A stretch of DNA of 64,000 nt from Octopus vulgaris (Eukaryota): assembly GCA_951406725.2 (NCBI GenBank), contig OX597814.1, forward strand, positions 182,218,001 through 182,282,000, in the 5' to 3' direction. The position numbers and the translations under genes were made by a program. The notes beneath the pieces are model-generated. The model saw only the letters and a list, made by a program, of their open reading frames with translations. It did not search any database and was not told where the DNA came from. Each line of letters opens with the position of its first letter. Within the stretch, counting starts at the first letter, position 1. This document shows positions 1 to 11,969 of this stretch, one piece after another.

Positions 1-1369
1 ACTACACTCATGGAGTGGTTGGCGTTAGGAAGGGCTTCCAGCTGTAGAAACACTACCAGATCAGACTGGATCCTGGTGCAGCCTCCTGGCTTCCCAGACC
101 CCGGTCGAACCGTCCAACCCATGCTAGCATGGAAAATGGGCGTTAAACGATGATGATGATGATGAATTACGATATTGTGAGCTGAGGTTAGTACATGTCC
201 CTACATTAAACACTAAATTCTTCTGCTAATATTAAGTGACTTACAAATTACCTTGTGGCAGTAGGAAAACATAGTACAGTTAAAATAACAGAAACAAGTT
301 ATAATTCCTAATTTGAAGAGATGGCATAACAGGTAGACTGTAATTGATAATACAATTGCCTGGCAAGTAATATATATGTTGTTTGAATCACATCAGTGAT
401 TGTCTTTCTTATTTCTGCTTCAAATAGGTACTTGTAATGTTCAATATTAGCAAGGATGTTGTGACAACTCCAATTTGCTTTTCTGTAGTTTACATCAGTT
501 CTCACAGATAGTAATATACCATCAATGGATAAGCGAAGATATACCATACCACAGTGCATCAAAGAATGAAGTTATTTAGTGTCAATGAAAACAAAGTGGG
601 AGGAACAAACAAAAATGGGGTATATGCATACAAAGCCACTCTTCTAGGTGGGCATTAATACCTCTGTGGAGGTAGGAGAAAAAAGATGATAGCTTGTCAT
701 AATATAATATGTATGCACACTATTTAGTTATAGTGTACATTGGAAGGAATTTCATAATGTGTACAACAGGAATATGCACTGGTAGCTACTGAAGAAACCA
801 GGTGTGAAAGAGAACAGTTGAAATCTAAGTTGTCTATTCGACTTATTTGCAGCTATACCTCTGAAATTTCTTTCTGAAGTCACTTATTCTGAGTGTGAAC
901 AAGCAAACTACTAAACAACCATATATGATTACCAACAGAAGTGTTACAGATGTGAGTTAAAGGCCAAATAAAAGTAAGGTGAAATAATTTTGTAATTTAC
1001 TCTCAATCATATAAAAATTATATATAATCATTAGCATTCAGCTAAAACTAAAAGAATAAGAAAAAGTAATAATAATTATAGGAATAATAGTTCTAATTAT
1101 TATATAACTATTACTATTATTAAAAGAGCTGTGAACCAAATGCCTAGCAATGTTCAGTCTCTCAATGCTCGTATGCTCAAAGCCTTTTGGTGTTGACTTT
1201 TCCTCAAAAGTCAGTAAAATAGAACCAGGCTGTGTGGTATGAATTTGCTTTCCAGCTACATGGTTCAGGGTTCAGTCCCACAGCAAATGTCTTCTACTAA
1301 TAGTTCTGGGCTGAACGAAGCCTTATGAATGGATCTGGTAGATGGAAACTGAAAGAAGGCCATCATACA

Positions 1370-1780
1370 GGTGTAGGAGTGGCTGTGTGGTAAGTAGCTT
1401 GCTTACGGACCACATAGTTCCGGGTTCAGTCCCACTGCATGGCACCTTGGGCAAGTGTCTTCTACTCTAGCCTCGGTCTGACCAAAGCCTTGTAAGTGGA
1501 TTTGGTAGATGGAAACTGAAAGAAGCCCATCATATATATGTATATATGTATATATGTGTGTGTATGTTTGTGTGTCTGTGTTTATCCCCGCCAACATTGC
1601 TTGACAACCAATGGTGGTGTGTTTACGTCCCCGTAACTTAGCAGTTTGGCAAAAGAGACCGATAGAATAAGTACTAGGCTTACAAAGACTAAGTCCTGGG
1701 GTCGATTTGCTCAACTAAAGGTGGTGCTCCAGCATGACTGCTGTCAAATGACTGAAACAAGTAAAAGAGAATAAAAGAGA
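1370..1780 (+). mobile_element. tRNA-derived SINE family A with internal (TA)n/(TG)n tract
   Basis: Head gagtggctgtgtggtaag...gggttcagtccc, tail ...gtcaaatgactgaaacaagtaaaagag; many copies in the window. Confidence 0.85.
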
Positions 1781-2175
1781 AAATATTTGCATGTCTGTGT
1801 GTGTACACGTGTGTGTATGTGTATGTGTGTGTGAGAGAGAGAGAGAAAGAGAGAGAGAGAGTATCTTTGTGGTTGCATTTGTCCTCCCCACCATCGCTTG
1901 ACAACCAGTATCAGTTTGTTTATGTCCCTGTAACTTAGCAATTCAGCAAAAGACACCGATAGAGTACGTACTAGGCTTTAAAAGAATAAATACTGGAGAT
2001 GATTTATTTGATTAAAATCCTTTCAACATAGTGCTCCAATATGGCTGCATTCAAATGAATGAAACAAGTAAAAGATCAGTGAATCTGTAAAGCCAACTGG
2101 TGAAAGAAATTGATAGGTTTTGGTCTTATTAGATCTTTTCAGCAAAACATATTCTACTGAATTGGCAAATGATCA

Positions 2176-2209
<34 letters not shown>

Positions 2210-2296
2210 AGAATTCACGAAAAAAACAAAAGATGAAGACAGGTGGTGTAGAAAACAAACAGATGTATTAGTATAACGCTTGGGAATTGAAAAAGT

Positions 2297-2332
2297 CTTT
2301 TATGTTTCGAGCCTACGCTCTTCCACAGAAAG
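2297..2332 (-). ncRNA. Minimal hammerhead-like variant in a short repeat element (~2207-2400)
   Basis: Minus strand: cttt-CTGTGGA-a-gagc(gtag)gctc-GAAAC-ATA-aaag. Same element as 25381-25566. Confidence 0.5.
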
Positions 2333-2635
2333 GAACACAGAAAGAAACAAGGAGAGCAACAAGGAGAGAAAAAAATGTGTATAGTAGCTATCATGGCAAC
2401 TGCTGGACATAAGGGTTACTCAATGCCAGCAGGGTGGCATCATCTGAAAGCTACAATAATGCGAGGAAGTACATTGTGAACAGTGGTGTGTATCAACATT
2501 TGATAGTCAGATTGCTACAGTGATATAATATACATACATATGTGTGTATATGTGTGCATGTGCGTGTGTGTGTGTGTGTGTGCAAGTGTGTGTGTGTGTG
2601 TATAATTAAATAAAGATAGTTATGGCTGGTGTATG

Positions 2636-2694
2636 GAGTTACCCTGGGTTTCACATCCATAAAGTGCTTAGCTTTATAGTGTTTCTTAAGACCC
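2636..2694 (-). ncRNA. Type-I hammerhead-ribozyme-like motif (left arm of inverted pair)
   Basis: Minus strand reads gggt-CTTAAGA-[stem II ...taaag/cttta...]-GAAAC-ccagg-GTA-actc; core position G5 is changed. Confidence 0.65.
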
Positions 2695-2722
2695 TAATGG
2701 GGTTATCAGCCACTGGCCATTA

Positions 2723-2781
2723 GGATCTGAAGAAACATTGTAAAGCTAAGCACTTTATGGATGTGAAACCTAGGGCAACCC
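2723..2781 (+). ncRNA. Type-I hammerhead-ribozyme-like motif (right arm of inverted pair)
   Basis: ggat-CTGAAGA-a-acattgtaaag(ctaagca)ctttatggatgt-GAAAC-ctagg-GCA-accc; canonical 5' core, cleavage triplet changed to GCA. Confidence 0.65.
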
Positions 2782-2880
2782 CATAGACTGTCCATGACTA
2801 CCTTTATTTAAATACTCCACTGCTCTATAGCCTAGAGTGTGCTTCTCTCTCAGATTTATGATTTACTGATGATATATATA

Positions 2881-2918
<38 letters not shown>

Positions 2919-3228
2919 AACATTTGACTCTGCAACACTGTATATAAATTCTCTACTGAGAATGACCTAGTTTAAAATTCTGCTGGATCTCACTCATTGC
3001 TTACATTGCTTATAAACTCTATATTTGGAAGGAGTCATATTAAACCCTGTTGGACTTTTGGATTTTACTCAAAGGATATTGGAATATTGCATATATACAA
3101 TTATGCATATAAAACGGATTTACAACTTCAATACCCATACATATCTTACATCTATTTTCTTTCCTCCACCTCACTCTCTATTTTGTATCACATCTAAACT
3201 AACTATGACTTAATTTTCCTCTCACACC

Positions 3229-3280
3229 GTCTCCGATGAAGGGATATTATTAATTAATATCCTAGAAACAGCTGTAAGAC
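3229..3280 (+). ncRNA. Minimal type-I hammerhead-like motif with palindromic stem III
   Basis: gtct-CCGATGA-ag-ggatatta(ttaat)taatatcc-ta-GAAAC-agct-GTA-agac. Stem I gtct/agac, 8-bp stem II, palindrome ACAGCTGT, U4C core variant. Confidence 0.62.
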
Positions 3281-3754
3281 CTTCTATCTATAAATGCTCT
3301 AATATCTATACAGCCTTGGTTTTTTTATCTTATTACGCAAAAAATTCTTATATACACACACTGATATAGAACCAACGTTGAACCCTTTATTCACAATATT
3401 ACTGAATCTGGAACTTAACTATGGTCTGTCAATAGCACTTATTCAGCATTACCTGACACCTTTGGGTCTCAATGACACCATTATCTATTATAATATATAT
3501 ATATATATATATATGAATGAATGCATGAATTATAGTAACACTGATTAGAATATAAAAAATATGGCTAAGGGGCTACATTCTGTATATTAAATACAAATAT
3601 GCATCAGTTTCATATATAATCATACTAATCAGATAACTTCATTATTACTGACTGAATGCCTTTTGAGTATTTCAAGTTGTAAACTACAGTAATCTTTGTT
3701 GCTTGCCTAATGCTGGCAATATTGTAGAGTCAGTAAAATAATTCATTGAATTAA

Positions 3755-3974
3755 CCCTTTCGTTGCTGTATTTATTTTGAGATGCTCTGCGTTTCTTTCA
3801 ATTACTTTAAATATAACAAAGAATTTAGTAAAATAATTTAGTTATCATTCAGTTAGTATTAGGAGCATAAATTGTGACTAAAGTTTGGTGGAAGATTTTA
3901 ATTAAAATCTTATGAAAACAAGACATTTGTACTCAGAGCCAGTGCTGGTTTCAGCTGGGTTGGTAACGAAAGGG
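3755..3974. mobile_element. piggyBac-type MITE, 220 bp
   Basis: TTAA-CCCTTTCGTT ... AACGAAAGGG-TTAA; second copy at 36838-37057 in the opposite orientation. Confidence 0.85.
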
Positions 3975-4839
3975 TTAAACATTGTGAAAAATGTCTCTTT
4001 GCTTGTTTCTCTTGTCTTCTCGAAGCAATACAAAACAAAAAAAAAAAGGAAAAATGCTGGTTACACCTGTTTTACCATTTATTCCAAAATTGAAAGGTTT
4101 GAAAATGCACATCTGGTGCTGTCAACAATCAAAATAATCATTTCTCAAATTACTATAATTTTGCTGAGCAGGATTAATAATAATCAGTTAAATTGAACAA
4201 GTATATAACTGTCAGAAGGCTGAAAGGCAAATCAGATCATGGCTGGATTTAAACTCAGCATGTTGAGAAGACTAAACTATGATATTGAAAAGTCTTTAAT
4301 CTTGTGCTTTAATATATCTGCTGTACCACAAACTCACTAATAATGATAATAATAGAGAAAAGATGAAGGAGATTGCTAGAGAAGGGGAAATAAAATTTAT
4401 GATTTCATGATTTTCCAAAAGGATGAAGTGAAGTGGTTCTGAACAGAAACTGAAAAACTGGTTCCTCCTGCATTTATTTCTACTTAGTGAAATTTGCTGC
4501 ATATAATATAACAATAACAGTTATTGTAACAACAATAGCATTAGCTTGTTTTTCTTTAACAAAACTCAATATTTAGTATCTAATTTCCTTAGCAAAAACC
4601 CAAGTAGTTTTTATATTATATGTGTCGAAGGAAAAATTGCATTGCATGTAAAATGTAAAATCCAATTTATTTTTCTAGGTCTGAAGCCTTACATAAAATA
4701 GTAATTTCCTTATATAGCATGAAACATTTAAGTTAAAGTCAGAACAAAGATTGTTCATAAACAACCATTTAATTGAATTGGCTGCACTATACTCATTTGC
4801 TGAAATGGTTTCCACACAGATTTAGCAACAACTGACAGA

Positions 4840-5676
4840 TACAAGAGGGTACCCAAAAGTAACCGGGAGCATTTTCTGTAGGACAAGCCCATTGTAGTTC
4901 GGTCTTCCACTGCTAGAAGCCACTTGATGCAACCCTCAGGCATCAGTCTTGTGACCAGCATTGTTGGGTTAGGTCATACTGCCACATGGTGTGTCTTTGT
5001 TTTGATGTGCTTCTCTATTTGTCAATTTTTGTGATGGCTAAAATGAAGGAACAGCATGCTTCTGTGAAATTCTGTTTTCTGCTGGGGAAAACAGCAGACA
5101 AAACAATTGTCATGCTTCAAACAGCCTACAAGGACACTGCCACAAGCAAAATACAAGTTTATGAGTGGTTTCTACACTTTAGGAATGGTCACTTGTTGCT
5201 TGAAGACCAACCTTGTTCAGAGCAACTGTCGACCACCCGAACAAATGAAAATTCATGAACTGATCTTGGAGGACCATCACTGAACAACTGACGAACTTGT
5301 TGATATGATTGGTGTGTCCTGGAGTTCGTGCTAACGAATTTTGAGTGAGGAATTGCGAATGAAAAGAAATGTAGCAAAATTTGTGCCTTGCTTGCTCACA
5401 GAAGATCAAAAGCAGTCACGACTGAATGTGCATTGTGAACTGAAAGAACAGTTGGAAATTGATCCAGTCATCACTGGTGATGAAAGATGGTGCTATGGAA
5501 TTTGCAGAAGTGGAAGAGGTGAAGACAAAACGATGGAGGCGTCAAAAGGCATCACTTTGCAAGAGTCCCAGCACTACTTTCAAACAGTGGAAAACGCATC
5601 TGGACATATAAACATGGAAAACTAAGTGAATAAATAGCATTGCAAAATTCTGGTTTCTTTGGGGTACCATGTCATA
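4840..5676 (+). mobile_element. Decayed, internally deleted mariner-like transposon
   Basis: Transposase fragments EQHASVKFCFLLGKTA...QVYEWF, AKFVPCLLTEDQK, VITGDERWCYG. Imperfect TIRs (gggtacccaaaagtaaccgg / tctggtttctttggggtacc). Frameshifts. Confidence 0.85.
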
Positions 5677-6307
5677 TGTAAAGTAAGCAGAATGATGTTC
5701 ATTTATTCCATTTGTAGCTTTTCATGTTATCAAGGGTGTGTTATGAGTTATGGTTATTAGATATGTGGTTACTAATTGGTCCTGACATACATTTTTTAAG
5801 ATTTGATAATTAGGGTAGAAAATATTAAGGGATTTGATGGGATGAGGTGACTGTGTGATAGTGAAAAGGACAGTTATATGATCCTGGCAACTGTCCTTTA
5901 AAATAACTTTTGTTTTAGAGATTAGCCAGAAGAAGAGCTTAAGAATTTTTTGCAGAGTCTCCTTCAACCGGTGAGAGGAAAGGAGGAAGATTTTGATATC
6001 CACAAACAGAGATGTGGTCTGAGCCACTGCATTAGACTGGACTCTATGAAAAGCACCTAACTTAGGGGCCAAACTGTCCATCAGATGGTCATCTATAGTT
6101 TCCAATTGTCCATTTTCACTCACAATTGTCTCCTACCATACCCAAGGTTTTAGTGGAAGAAACTTGCCCAAGGTGAGGTTGAACTTAAAGCTGTGTGTGT
6201 GAGAATCAAACTTCTTAACCACACCCATGGATGAAGTGAACTGAAGCTAAAAATGTAATAAACATTTTTCAATTTTCACAAGAATGCTAGTCATATAAAA
6301 ATATTGC

Positions 6308-6352
<45 letters not shown>

Positions 6353-7068
6353 CACACACACACATGACAGGCTTTATTTTGTTTCTTGTTTACCAAATCC
6401 ACTCATAAGGCTCTGATTGGCCTGAGACTATAGCAGAAGGCACTTGCCTAAGGAGCCATACAGTAGGATTGAACCCAGAACCGTGTGATTTTGAAGCAAG
6501 CTTCTTACCACACAGCCACACCTGCACCTATATATATATATATAGTAAAGAAAAGAAACACTGGTTAAAAACCAAATGAGTATGCCTTGGAACAACAAAG
6601 TAAAAACTTACCATAACTATTCTATTTAAGAATGTCTTTATTTTATTTCACTTTTTTTGTTATTAGTAGTGGGAGGTAAACCTTTCAGAAATATAAATCT
6701 TGATACACGCTATTAAAGTTATTTATCAAAGAGTAGAGATTTCTATCTTTCAACTACTCAAAAATGCTTTTAAAAATAGACAACTGCCGTTAGATGAAAA
6801 ATACGAAAAGAAAATGTGTGCACATAGCTTTGCCAATACTAAATTAATTACTATGATTATCTGTCTGATATTAGAGTTTAGATTACTTCACTGATTACTA
6901 AATAGGATGTATGTAGCTAAAGTTAAAATGACTCTGTTATTATTTGTATGTTTGTTTTTCAAGTTATTCCACCTTGTATCTTAACAATTAGTTTTGCAAA
7001 TACACAAATTCCCTGTTACTCTCTCTCTTTCTCTTAGAAGCGTTTATAAGTGCATATACTCACCACCC

Positions 7069-7099
<31 letters not shown>

Positions 7100-7116
<17 letters not shown>

Positions 7117-7320
7117 TAAATTAGAGAAAAACCACTATTATGTGATTCAAACAATGATAGACATAAACCAAATCATAAAGAAAAAAAAAAATATTATAAA
7201 ACATATAACTAGATCACAAAAAGTACAAAAAGTCTTTATGATTTGGTTTATGTCTATCATTGTTTGAATTACATAATAGTGGTTTTTCTCTAATTTATAT
7301 ATATTATATATATATATATA
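7100..7320. repeat. Near-perfect inverted repeat (~80-bp arms, ~50-nt spacer) embedded in (TA)n
   Basis: aaattagagaaaaaccactattatgtgattcaaacaatgatagacataaaccaaatcataaaga vs its reverse complement at 7233-7296; one mismatch seen. Confidence 0.9.
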
Positions 7321-7848
7321 TGTATATTTATATTGTGAAATTTGATTTAATACTAAATTGAATTTTTCCCTGTAAGTTTGGAGTTATACTCTCTGTTATT
7401 ATTATTATATATATATATATATTATCATCATCATCATCATCATCATCATTTAGCGTCCGCTTTCCATCCTAGCATGGGTTGGACGGTTCAACTGGGGTCT
7501 GTGAAGCTGGAAGGCTTCGTCAGGCCCAGTCAGATCTGGCAGTGTTTCTACGGCTGGATGCCCTTCCTAACGCCAACCACTCCGTGAGTGTAGTGGGTGC
7601 TTTTTACGTGCCACCTGCACAGGTGCCAGACAGAGCTGGCAAACGGCCACGAACGGACGGTGCTTTTACGTGTCACCGGCACGGGGCCAGGCGATGCTGA
7701 TATGTATATATATATTAATACCTGGTATATGTAGTCGAGGCAACATTTAATTAAAATATTCATCTATGCATCATACATAATGCGTACACATTGTTGCTAG
7801 GCCACTGACTGCAGTTTCTTGACCTGAAATAACATCTCAGTACTGCAA

Positions 7849-8045
7849 CAACTTTATAAGATCTTATACGTATATTTGATGTCACTTTCTTATTGTTTGG
7901 AGCAGACTATCCACTTGCATGATCCTAATCAGTGCCTAGACCAGAATCTGTTTGTGATTTATTACTGAGTTCATATTTTTCTTGGTAGGAATCATAGACA
8001 CTGATTTCTTCCCAAGACCCAACTGAAATTTCTGAGCATAAACTG
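7849..8045 (-). pseudogene. Decayed intronic copy of exon segment 9181-9377
   Basis: 197-bp ungapped alignment with 16 mismatches by hand count (~92%); two in-frame stops (TGG>TAG, CAA>TAG). Confidence 0.93.
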
Positions 8046-8295
8046 GGAATCAAACTTACAACCTTATGATCATGAACTGAATACTCTAACCACTAAGCCA
8101 TACACTTTCAAGTATATCATATATGTATATATATATGTGTGTAAATGTGTATATGTGTGTAAATGTGTATATGTGTGTATGCAAGTAAGTAGATAATATG
8201 TATACGTGCATGTTTGTTAGTGTGTATTTGTGCATTTCCATAAATATTTTGTGACACAAAATAAAAAATCTTTTAGAAAGTTCAACAGTACATAC

Positions 8296-9640
8296 CGAGA
8301 TCAACTGAGAATACACCACAAATTTGCTCTTTGGGGCTGCGTTTTTCTTTCCTCTTTGATATATAGGAAACTGAATTTTCTGGGAATGAAAGATTATGTG
8401 CTAATGAGCAAGAACTGCTTCCAGACAATGAATCTTGTTGCTGCCTTGGTGAAGAGGGTAAGGAATGGTCTGGTGATAAATAAGGAGTAGGTGGATGTGA
8501 ATCAGGACCAGATGTGGATGTGGATGAAGATGATAAACGGAATCGTGTGACTTCAATATCAGGTGTAGATATCGACAAGTCTTGGATATTATTGTCACTG
8601 GTGTTTAGTCGATCTATTGACTGAGGTGGGGTGACTGGAGGATCAGCAGCTACACCTGAACGGTTTTCTAAGCTAAATGAATTGAGGCTGGGTGTTGCAG
8701 AAGGTACATTTTCACTTTGTATTAAGTCATTATTCCCATTCGTCATGGATTCATTGAGCCTGTCATTGAGTTCAGCACATTTCCTTCGTAGTTCACCAAC
8801 CATTAATCGATAATGTTCCCCTGTGGGACTTGGGTCAGATGAATCAGAGCTAATGCTTGTCTGATCAAAGTCAGTTGATGGGGAACTTTCAATATCACTT
8901 TTTTTATTACTTTCAGGAATATTCAGGTTAAGCTTGCTATCTTCCTTAACAACAACAAGATTATCTCCTTCCATTTCAATACTAAGCGAGTGATTGGATC
9001 CAAGACACTCGCGAGATTTTCTATAGACCTTATTCTTCTTTAGCATTGCTGCCAACTGTTCCTCAGGGGTAATGCCTTCACTTTCAGTTGAAGAACTGTC
9101 ATATTTTGAAGACTTGGAATAAGAATCAGCAGAATCAATATTCTTCTTGTTTTCTTTGGTCAAGTCATTGACATTAATCCCAACTTTATAAGATCTTATA
9201 CGTATATTTGACGTTACTTTCTCATTGTTTGGAGCAGATTGTCCACTTGCATGATCCCAATCAGTGCCTAGACCAGAGTCCGTTTGTGATTTATTACTGG
9301 GTCCAAATTTTTCTCGGTAGGAATCATAGTCACTGATTTCTTCCCGAGACCCAATTGAAATTTCTGAGCAAAAACTGCTGTCATCTCGTCGTGATCTTTG
9401 CCGTTGCTCAATCCATAGAGATTGTTCACTTCCTATTGATGCTAAGGAATTACGAGGAGAGACACTTGGAGACGGAGTGGTCAGATTGTCTGAACGGGCA
9501 TAATCTTGTTTTGGAGTTCGTCTTGGACTTGACTTTGGACTGCAAATAGCAGAACGGTTAGGACTATTTTCAATGCTACGTGGATTTCTTTTTAATGTTG
9601 TATTTGGTATCCATGTTAGTATTAGAGTGGGACCAGTGAG
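8296..9640 (-). CDS. TBC1D16: TBC1D16-like, large 1345-bp exon with Ser-rich linker
   Basis: Acceptor tctttttgtttcAG at 9641, phase 0, matching the previous donor. Starts LTGPTLILTWIPN (cf. LGATLILAWVPN) and ends EQICGVFSVDL-G (cf. EQICGVFRVDLG). Donor GTATGT at 8295, phase 1. 448 open codons. Confidence 0.92.
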
Positions 9641-11969
9641 CTGAAACAAAAAGATATATATGAATTAGAATTCTTATTTCTAATTACCTTAATGACATCA
9701 ACAAGTGTATATAGAATCAAATCATAACATTTAAAAAAACAATACAGAAAGAACAAATTACGATGAACATGGTATTAGTTTAATGCTTGAAATGTGTATG
9801 GAGTATGTTGATGATTTTGATATTAGATCTTCAGAAAAATATGAGATGAAGGAGAGGAGTAGAGACAAGAAAAGGGAGATAGAAAGAGAAGATGAGAAAG
9901 GGAGAGATAAGTATAGGGAGATGAAAAGAAAAGAAAACAAAGGAGAGAGGGAGAAATATATGCTGAATACTGTTTTATTTTGTTTGTTCATTTACTTGTA
10001 CGTGTATGCATATGCATGCACATGCACGAATGTGCAACCACCCATGATATTCCTGAAAAATTCTACTGTAGCAATGTATTCTGTAATCTTGAAACCTCTT
10101 TTTCATTGACTCCAATGATATGTAGATGTCAAAAGGAAATTAAATTTCCTGCTACTGTAAGAATCTGAGGAACACAATGCTTCCGACATGCAGTAGATGC
10201 CCATATACGTATATACATCCATACATATATATATGAAATCTTTAATATATATTACAAAAATTGAAAAAATTTATATCTTTTGAGTAACAAAAACAAACAA
10301 CTTAAAAAAAAAATTTTTCTTAGCATTTGAGAAATATTCAATATATTTATTTATTTATATAAATTTACACAAATTTTTACTGTTGTCATTTTGAAAATGT
10401 ATTAGAAACAGCAATGTATATATAAAAGTTAAGTTTTTTTCTTGAAATTGAATTTGAAAGAATATTTCAGGAATATTAAAAAATATGTCACAAAACAGTA
10501 TGCAGGCAATATTTTATGCCACATTCATAAAATAACCATGCATATTAAATGCTTAAGCCATTAAAATATACTTTATCTCTCAGTTCACTTTTCTTTTATA
10601 CACACAAATGTTATTTTCTTTCTTTAAGTATAAGTTTAAAAGCTGAGTCAACAGAGAGAAATTACAACTAGATGAAATCTCCAAGTGGTTTAATTCCAAG
10701 TAGTTAAAGTGTCAGCAGAAGGGCATCCAAGAATCGTGAACTGGATGTGGCCTGGTTCCATTACAGTGTAAGAAGTTAAGGCCTGAATCATTTACCTGAG
10801 CAGGGTTTCTTCTCTGAAGACCTGCTGTTTAACTCTCTTGAGAGTTTCTTATCACTTCTTTTCTACACACACACACATGTAGCATATAATACATGAAAAA
10901 AGCTTCTAAAATAAAAGATAAAGGGTAAAGATCCCCTTTGGTCATGAATGACCATGAGATTGCACCTAGAAAGTTCCCCTCCAAGACACATGTATGGACA
11001 AGGTTGTTTATGGAAGAACAGCAGTTGCCCATGCATATTAGCCTCCCCACTCCACGCTACTGATGTTATCCAAGAGAAAGGCAAAGGCCAATACAGCTTG
11101 GCACCAGTGAAGTTGCAATTCATTTCTACAGCTGAATCAACTGGAGCAATGTGAAATAAAGTGTCTTGCTCAAGAACACAACACAACCCAGTCCAGGAAT
11201 CAAACTCACTACCTCGTGATTGTGAACCTGATACTCTAACTACTAAGCCATGCACCTTAAGAATATAAATATTAATCAAAAGTGTAGTATAGATCAATGA
11301 GGAATAAAAGGTTGAGAAAATATATATTACTTAAAAAGCAGTGATATAAGGAAAAATGTTAAAATTCTGAGTAAGAACATATGTTCTCATTGTAAATTGG
11401 TTATAAATGTATAGAAGCTCATTTCATACATTTGGTTTGGTGACTCTTTAACATTTCCTTTAAGTTACATCTGGCCAAGCCAATAGAAAGCTATATCTTG
11501 TCAGTAATACAGCAATAGTACTGTATTCTTGGCCGAGACACCTAACTTTCTAATTAGGCATAAAGCCAGCTTTTTAAGAGGGTGTGCGAAACTTATTTCA
11601 TTGACCAATAGGAGCTAAAAGATGAATCAAACTGGCATGATTTCAATGCAGAAGCAAGGTAAATGAAATTAAAAACTACCAAGTATTTAGCCTAATAATC
11701 TACTGTCTTGGCGAGCTGTCACCACCCTTTGGCTTGCAAATAAAACAATGAAATCATTTATATTAATTCATACTGTTATACCTTATGAATCAAACCTTTT
11801 TGTACAAGCTAATCTTTTTTCTGGGACAAAAGGCCAAATATAAAGACGGAATAGTTACAATTAAGGATAAAAATCTTCAAACAGATGAATTTTAACCCAT
11901 TAGTTACCATATTTTTGTCAAAATATGCTGTCTTTATTTCAGTTAATTTTGAAATTAAGGCAGTTTGTA

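Noticed and set aside
308-562. Minus-strand ORF as the next TBC1D16 exon
   Set aside because: It lacks the expected MRSLRLFF/GQLV..SRESQYK-type motifs and shows no recognisable homology.
785-838. CTGAAGA...GAAAT...GTC hammerhead-like spacing
   Set aside because: Stems I and III are too weak, and such core matches are expected by chance in 64 kb.
9758-10168. Overlapping ORFs upstream of the large exon
   Set aside because: They derive from purine-rich low-complexity intron sequence.
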